NCBI GenBank assembly: GCA_046754465.1
Contig: JBHHVU010000006.1
Span: 33,116-97,115, forward strand
DNA from: Nitrospinaceae bacterium
GTDB lineage: Bacteria; Nitrospinota; Nitrospinia; Nitrospinales; VA-1
Direction: 5' to 3'
Length of the DNA stretch: 64,000 bases
This document shows positions 59,800-64,000 of the stretch, piece after piece. Below the pieces are notes generated by a model. That model searched no databases. It had not been told where the DNA came from and saw only the letters and a list, made by a program, of their open reading frames with translations. A program made the position numbers and the translations under genes. Positions within the stretch are counted from its first letter, which is position 1, and each line of letters starts with the position of its first letter.

Positions 59800-60090
59800 A
59801 TGAACGACGAAAAAAAATCGTTGTGGTACCGATTGTGGGGCCATAAGTCCGAGAAAGAAAAGAAAAGAATCAAGTCATTTATTCCGCTGATTCTTTATTT
59901 CATCGCGGTCATTTATGGAGTCATTTATTTATCAATACTCAATACGGTGAACCGGTATCAGACGGGACCCCGGGTAAAAACCTGGTGGGGTGGCGACCGG
60001 CCTGAAGTCATCCGGGCGCTGAACAGGGAAAAAAGGGAAATCCAGGAGAGTTTCGAGGGGTTGCGGAAACGCGTTTCCGGAGGCCGCTGA
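59800..60090 (+). CDS. Small single-pass membrane protein
   Basis: 96 aa, basic N-terminus, one TM helix, C-terminal coiled coil. Confidence 0.6.
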   Translation: MNDEKKSLWYRLWGHKSEKEKKRIKSFIPLILYFIAVIYGVIYLSILNTVNRYQTGPRVKTWWGGDRPEVIRALNREKREIQESFEGLRKRVSGGR

Positions 60091-60186
60091 CCCCTGAAAT
60101 GGGGGAGAAATTCCCCAGGCCCATTGCCGGGGGGCCGCGAACGAGGGGGGATCCTTTCGCGGGGGAGAAGTTTCAAGGTCCGTTAT

Positions 60187-60729
60187 ATGAGAAAACTTGT
60201 CTACACTTTGAATTTGTTCTATTTATTTTCGCTCTCGCTCTGGGTGGCAGGGATGTTTCTTCTGGGCATCCTCGTCGAAATCGTTGTCCGGGTCAATCTA
60301 AAAGACCAGCCCCTGGTGGCCAGCACCATCATGAGTAAAATCATGGACGCCTTCAATATCAACATTGTGTTCACATGTATCGTCCTGATGGTGGCAGCCG
60401 AGGTGATCAAGGTTCTGATAAAAAATTACAGCTCCGTCGGGTTCCATCAAAAGACCGTCACCAAGCGCCCCTATACCCGGGAAGCCATTCTGGCGGTCAT
60501 GATCGTTCTGGCGGTTTATATGGGGAGTTTTCTGCGGCCCGAAATGCACAAGATGGACCAGTTGAAAAAGGCGAATCCGGCCGATCAGAAACTCCAGATT
60601 CAGTTCAACCGGTTTCATTCCAAATTTGAAATGATCTTTGCGGTAAACATGATCCTCGGATTGTCCTTGTTCTACATCCATGGCAAGGAAATGGTCCGTT
60701 TTAGAGAAGACCAGCAGGACTGGCCGTAG
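60187..60729 (+). CDS. DUF4149-like four-TM membrane protein
   Basis: SLWVAGM, FNRFHSK pattern, four hydrophobic segments; start set at ATG 60187. Confidence 0.7.
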   Translation: MRKLVYTLNLFYLFSLSLWVAGMFLLGILVEIVVRVNLKDQPLVASTIMSKIMDAFNINIVFTCIVLMVAAEVIKVLIKNYSSVGFHQKTVTKRPYTREAILAVMIVLAVYMGSFLRPEMHKMDQLKKANPADQKLQIQFNRFHSKFEMIFAVNMILGLSLFYIHGKEMVRFREDQQDWP

Positions 60730-60770
60730 TTCTCTTTCCTCCATGCGTCCCGGTTATAAGTTCAGCCGAT

Positions 60771-61694
60771 TTGATGTTTAAGCGTCTTCCGGACTTTTCC
60801 CTGATTGCGTTATGTGGTTTGATTCTTGCCGTCACCACGGTCTTACCTGTGTACGGGGAAAACCGGGGAACGCCGGTGGCCGCCCAAAATGAATATTCCC
60901 GCATGGCCAAAATTCCGGCGGGAAAATTCAAAATGGGGTCCACCTTCGAGGAAACAAAAGGTTTCCTGGAAAAATGCCGCAAATTCGATAAAGCCTGCGA
61001 ACTCTGGTGGTTTAAAGACGAATACCCGGACCACCTGGTCACCCTGAAAACCTACTGGATCGATCTGTATGAGGTGAGTAACGAGAAGTACCTGGAATTC
61101 GTGCGGGCCACCGGCCACCGCCCCGCCCTCGACGATTCGTGCGAAACGGTGAAGTGCCGGGAGGGCAATTTATGGCAAGGGACATCGTTTCCTCCGGCCA
61201 TCAGGAATCAGCCGGTCACCCAGGTGAACTGGTTTGATGCGGATTCCTATTGCCGGTGGCGGGGCAAACGGCTGCCTTCGGAGGCGGAATGGGAGAAGGC
61301 GGCGCGGGGCTCCAGTGGAAGCATTTATCCCTGGGGAAGCGGGTCCCCCAAGGGACGCGCCACCTATCTGAGAAAATGGCGGGGCGTGTTTACGATGACC
61401 GATGTCGGAAGTTATCCCAATGGGGCTTCCCTTTACGGGGCATATGACATGGCGGGAAACGTTTGGGAATGGGTGGACGACTGGTACCACATCAACTATT
61501 ACCGCCGGGGAACCCGGAAGAACCCGCGTGGACCGGCCCGGGGTGAGTTCAAGGTCGTGCGCGGCGGATCGTGGGTCAATTTCCCCGACTCCCTGCGCAG
61601 CGCGTTCCGGCGGTGGAGCCGGCCCGAGGTCCGCTTCAACGATACCGGATTCCGCTGCGCCAAGGATGCGAAGGATGAAACCCAAAAGAACTGA
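60771..61694 (+). CDS. Exported formylglycine-generating-enzyme-fold (SUMF1/EgtB/PvdO family) protein
   Basis: Signal peptide; IPAGKFKMGS, RLPSEAEWEKAARG, DMAGNVWEW, RGGSW, TGFRC. Confidence 0.92.
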   Translation: MMFKRLPDFSLIALCGLILAVTTVLPVYGENRGTPVAAQNEYSRMAKIPAGKFKMGSTFEETKGFLEKCRKFDKACELWWFKDEYPDHLVTLKTYWIDLYEVSNEKYLEFVRATGHRPALDDSCETVKCREGNLWQGTSFPPAIRNQPVTQVNWFDADSYCRWRGKRLPSEAEWEKAARGSSGSIYPWGSGSPKGRATYLRKWRGVFTMTDVGSYPNGASLYGAYDMAGNVWEWVDDWYHINYYRRGTRKNPRGPARGEFKVVRGGSWVNFPDSLRSAFRRWSRPEVRFNDTGFRCAKDAKDETQKN

Positions 61695-63336
61695 CGAATT
61701 GACCAGCCGGGAACGGGAAATCCTTTCGCCATACGTTTCCGACGTGCGCGCCAGTGTATTCGCTCTCAGGAACCTCAATCCGGAGGTGATCGGCGCCGCC
61801 CTGGCCCGTTACAGCCGCGCTCCAACGGGGTTCAAGGAGACCGTTGCGCGCGAATTCCTCAATCCCGACGGCACCCCCAACGAGGTCAAGGGCACCGAAC
61901 TGATTGACCGGGTGGTCAACAAGTTCGGTGACGAATCGGTCGCCGAACTGGCCGTCGCCTCCCTTTGCATTGAAGAAGTGTCCAACCTCATGACCAAGGT
62001 CATCGAGGACTGCCGGATCGGCGGGTCCCCCATCGAAGAGTCCACCCGCTATGTGCTTTACGACGAAAAAAAGAATGGCCGGTGGCGTTACGTGCGGCCC
62101 CGCTCCGTCGTGGAGTCCGGTCTCGGGAAAAAATTCATCAATACCATGGACTTTTTGTTCGAGACCTACGCGGGCCTGGTGGAACCCATGCAGGACCTCT
62201 TCCGGAAACGGCTGCCCGGGGACCGGTTCGCCATTGAGGTGGAGCGCAACGGGAAAATCCTCAATGCCTGCCTCGCGGACCTGGAAAACGAGAATGAACG
62301 CAAGGTCCACCGCATCGCCTACAACTTCACCATCCGCAGCGCCGCCTGCGACGTGATCCGCTGCATCCTTCCCGCATGCACCATGGCCAACCTCGGCCTG
62401 GTGGGAAACGGCCGTTTTTATACCGGCCTGATCTCCAAACTCATGACCCAGGAATTGCGGGAAGGACACGGCTTGGCAGCCGAGATCCGCGACGCCCTCA
62501 ACACGCAAATCCCCACGTTCATCAAACGGGCGGGGAAAAACCGTTACCGCGAAGAGATTCACCGCAATATGAAAACGCTTTGTTCGGGCTTGTTTCAGGG
62601 CATCCCCATCGATAAGGCCGCCGAGGTCGTTCTTCTGGAGGATCGGGAGGCGGATTATCCTCTGAACCTCATCGCCAGCATGATCTTTCCTTATGTCCAG
62701 CATCCCACCGCACAGATTCGCCGGGTGGTGCGCGGCCTCCCGGAAGAAAAACGCCGGGAAATCTTCCATACGTGCATCGGCAACCGGGAAAACAAACGCG
62801 ACCGGCCGGGCCGGGCGCTGGAATACGGCTACCCCATCCATTTCGATATCATCGCCGGGTTCGCCGAATACCGCGACCTCCAGCGCCACCGCATGCTGAC
62901 CCAGCAAAGGCAGAACCTGGGCGTTCTCATCGGCTATTCCGTGCCCGAAGAGATTGGAGAAATCGGTAAGGATGAGGTGGTCCAGGAATGTTTTGACCGC
63001 TGCGAGGACCTGCACGCCGACCTCAAACGCGCGGGAATGGAGGAGGAAGCCCAATACGCCACCCTGTTCAATCACTTTATCCGCTGGAATGTAGGGATGA
63101 ACCTGAGAGAGTTGGGGCATATGACGGAACTGCGGTCGCAGAAGGCGGGCCACCCCAAATACCGGCGCACCGTTCAGACGATGGCGCGGCTGTACTTGAA
63201 GCGCTACCCGGAATTTGAACCGATCCTGAAATTCGTCGATTACAACGACTACGACCAAAGTGTCACGCGGGCCACGCAAGAGGCGCGGACCGCCAGAAAA
63301 AGCCTCGCCACCGGCGTGTTCGATGATATGGATTGA
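61675..63336 (+). CDS. thyX: Two-domain (Chlamydia-type) FAD-dependent thymidylate synthase
   Basis: ALARYSR, FGDESVAE, RIGGSPIEESTRY, RDLQRHR, ELRS...GH; start set at ATG 61675 (the track start at 61402 overlaps the previous gene). Confidence 0.85.
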   Translation: MKPKRTDELTSREREILSPYVSDVRASVFALRNLNPEVIGAALARYSRAPTGFKETVAREFLNPDGTPNEVKGTELIDRVVNKFGDESVAELAVASLCIEEVSNLMTKVIEDCRIGGSPIEESTRYVLYDEKKNGRWRYVRPRSVVESGLGKKFINTMDFLFETYAGLVEPMQDLFRKRLPGDRFAIEVERNGKILNACLADLENENERKVHRIAYNFTIRSAACDVIRCILPACTMANLGLVGNGRFYTGLISKLMTQELREGHGLAAEIRDALNTQIPTFIKRAGKNRYREEIHRNMKTLCSGLFQGIPIDKAAEVVLLEDREADYPLNLIASMIFPYVQHPTAQIRRVVRGLPEEKRREIFHTCIGNRENKRDRPGRALEYGYPIHFDIIAGFAEYRDLQRHRMLTQQRQNLGVLIGYSVPEEIGEIGKDEVVQECFDRCEDLHADLKRAGMEEEAQYATLFNHFIRWNVGMNLRELGHMTELRSQKAGHPKYRRTVQTMARLYLKRYPEFEPILKFVDYNDYDQSVTRATQEARTARKSLATGVFDDMD

Positions 63337-63342
63337 CAAAAA

Positions 63343-63565
63343 TTATTTTCTGGCGACGAACATCAGATGATTGGCCGATTCCCAGGGCAGGAGTCTTTTT
63401 AACACCCAGGCCACAGCCCGCCGCCAGAATCCACTCTGTTTTTGGAAGATACTCTTCATACCATTGAAACTCCTCCCGGGCTATCTTGTACTGGTTGGTG
63501 TCCAGGAGGTTTTCAATGGAACTGCGATTCCACTCGTCCTCGAACTCGGTCTTTGTTTGAGGGAA
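63343..63565 (-). pseudogene. Internally deleted class I SAM methyltransferase relic
   Basis: Manual translation: ...EFEDEWNRSSIENLL...EEYLPKTEWILAAGCGLG in one frame, VLKRLLPWESANHLMFVARK* in another; no start codon. Confidence 0.62.
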
Positions 63566-63605
63566 CTATTTTTTATTGGGGGGGGGATGAAGGAAATTGG
63601 CGGTT

Positions 63606-63995
63606 TTATTCCTTTCCTCTTCCTTCTGGCATCAATTTCCAGGTTTTAATATTCAAGCCGAACTCATCGATGACGGTGTTTAACCGGATCCAGTATATTA
63701 TGTCCCTGTTTTTCTCAAGTATGAGGACAACTCCGGGTTTTTTCCCCGTCTGCACTGCGTAATACAGAGACTGACCGATCGATTCCGCCCATTTGGGGCC
63801 GAAATCGAACTCGATCGCATGGGTATCCGTAAGGCAATCCACACGGGTCCGATCCCGCTGTACCACTTCGGTGCGCCCGCCTGCCCGTCCGCACCATTTT
63901 GCCTGGTAGAATTTTTCTTTATGAAGGTGGGGAGCGGCCCGGGCCGGTTCCAGGTCACCGCACAATAGCAAGCTCAAGGTTCCCAACCCCATCAA
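63606..63995 (-). CDS. Small putatively exported protein with restriction-endonuclease-like (PD-(D/E)XK-like) motifs
   Basis: Hydrophobic N-terminus ending ARA; E..YQ, RVDCLTDTHAIEFD, AESIGQSLYYA, PGVVLI; true start may lie beyond the window. Confidence 0.55.
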   Translation of the reverse strand: MMGLGTLSLLLCGDLEPARAAPHLHKEKFYQAKWCGRAGGRTEVVQRDRTRVDCLTDTHAIEFDFGPKWAESIGQSLYYAVQTGKKPGVVLILEKNRDIIYWIRLNTVIDEFGLNIKTWKLMPEGRGKE

Positions 63996-64000
63996 AACCC

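Noticed and set aside
61540..61694. FGE-fold C-terminus as a diversity-generating retroelement variable region
   Set aside because: No template repeat and no reverse transcriptase seen in the window
63461..63519. Inverted repeat CCATTGAAA...TTTCAATGG as a structured RNA
   Set aside because: Lies inside the methyltransferase relic and is more simply explained as coding coincidence

Overview
Gene-dense, moderately GC-rich bacterial chromosomal region from a diderm; the gene content suggests a Nitrospinota/Deltaproteobacteria-like organism (inference, not searched). In order: a partial Lon-N domain gene; a three-gene operon of an uncharacterised ATP-grasp-like ligase, a glutaredoxin and a lysine 2,3-aminomutase; an MSHA-like secretin/ATPase/TPR trio; a flagellar basal-body operon (flgC-fliFGHIJ-motE-like, without flgB or fliE); a TPR/FleS/FleR-like operon; c-di-GMP genes (GGDEF, HDOD, HD-GYP) interrupted by a PncA-PncB fusion; an enlarged M20 peptidase; a roughly 21 kb LPS/surface-glycan cluster (three ArnT-like GT-C enzymes, GT4/GT9/GT2, methyltransferases, NDP-sugar enzymes including a split CapF); then housekeeping genes (trxA, bioB, yyaL-like, aroA, two-domain thyX), a low-GC solo DpnI-like nuclease, an internally deleted methyltransferase relic and a small, apparently exported nuclease-fold protein. 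Both flagellar operons carry near-identical sigma54 promoters, each with an upstream FleQ-box-like palindrome. The best candidate for an undescribed system is the ATP-grasp/glutaredoxin/aminomutase operon. I recognised no rRNA, tRNA, CRISPR array, transposase, integrase or reverse transcriptase. All calls come from reading motifs by eye; no database searches were run.
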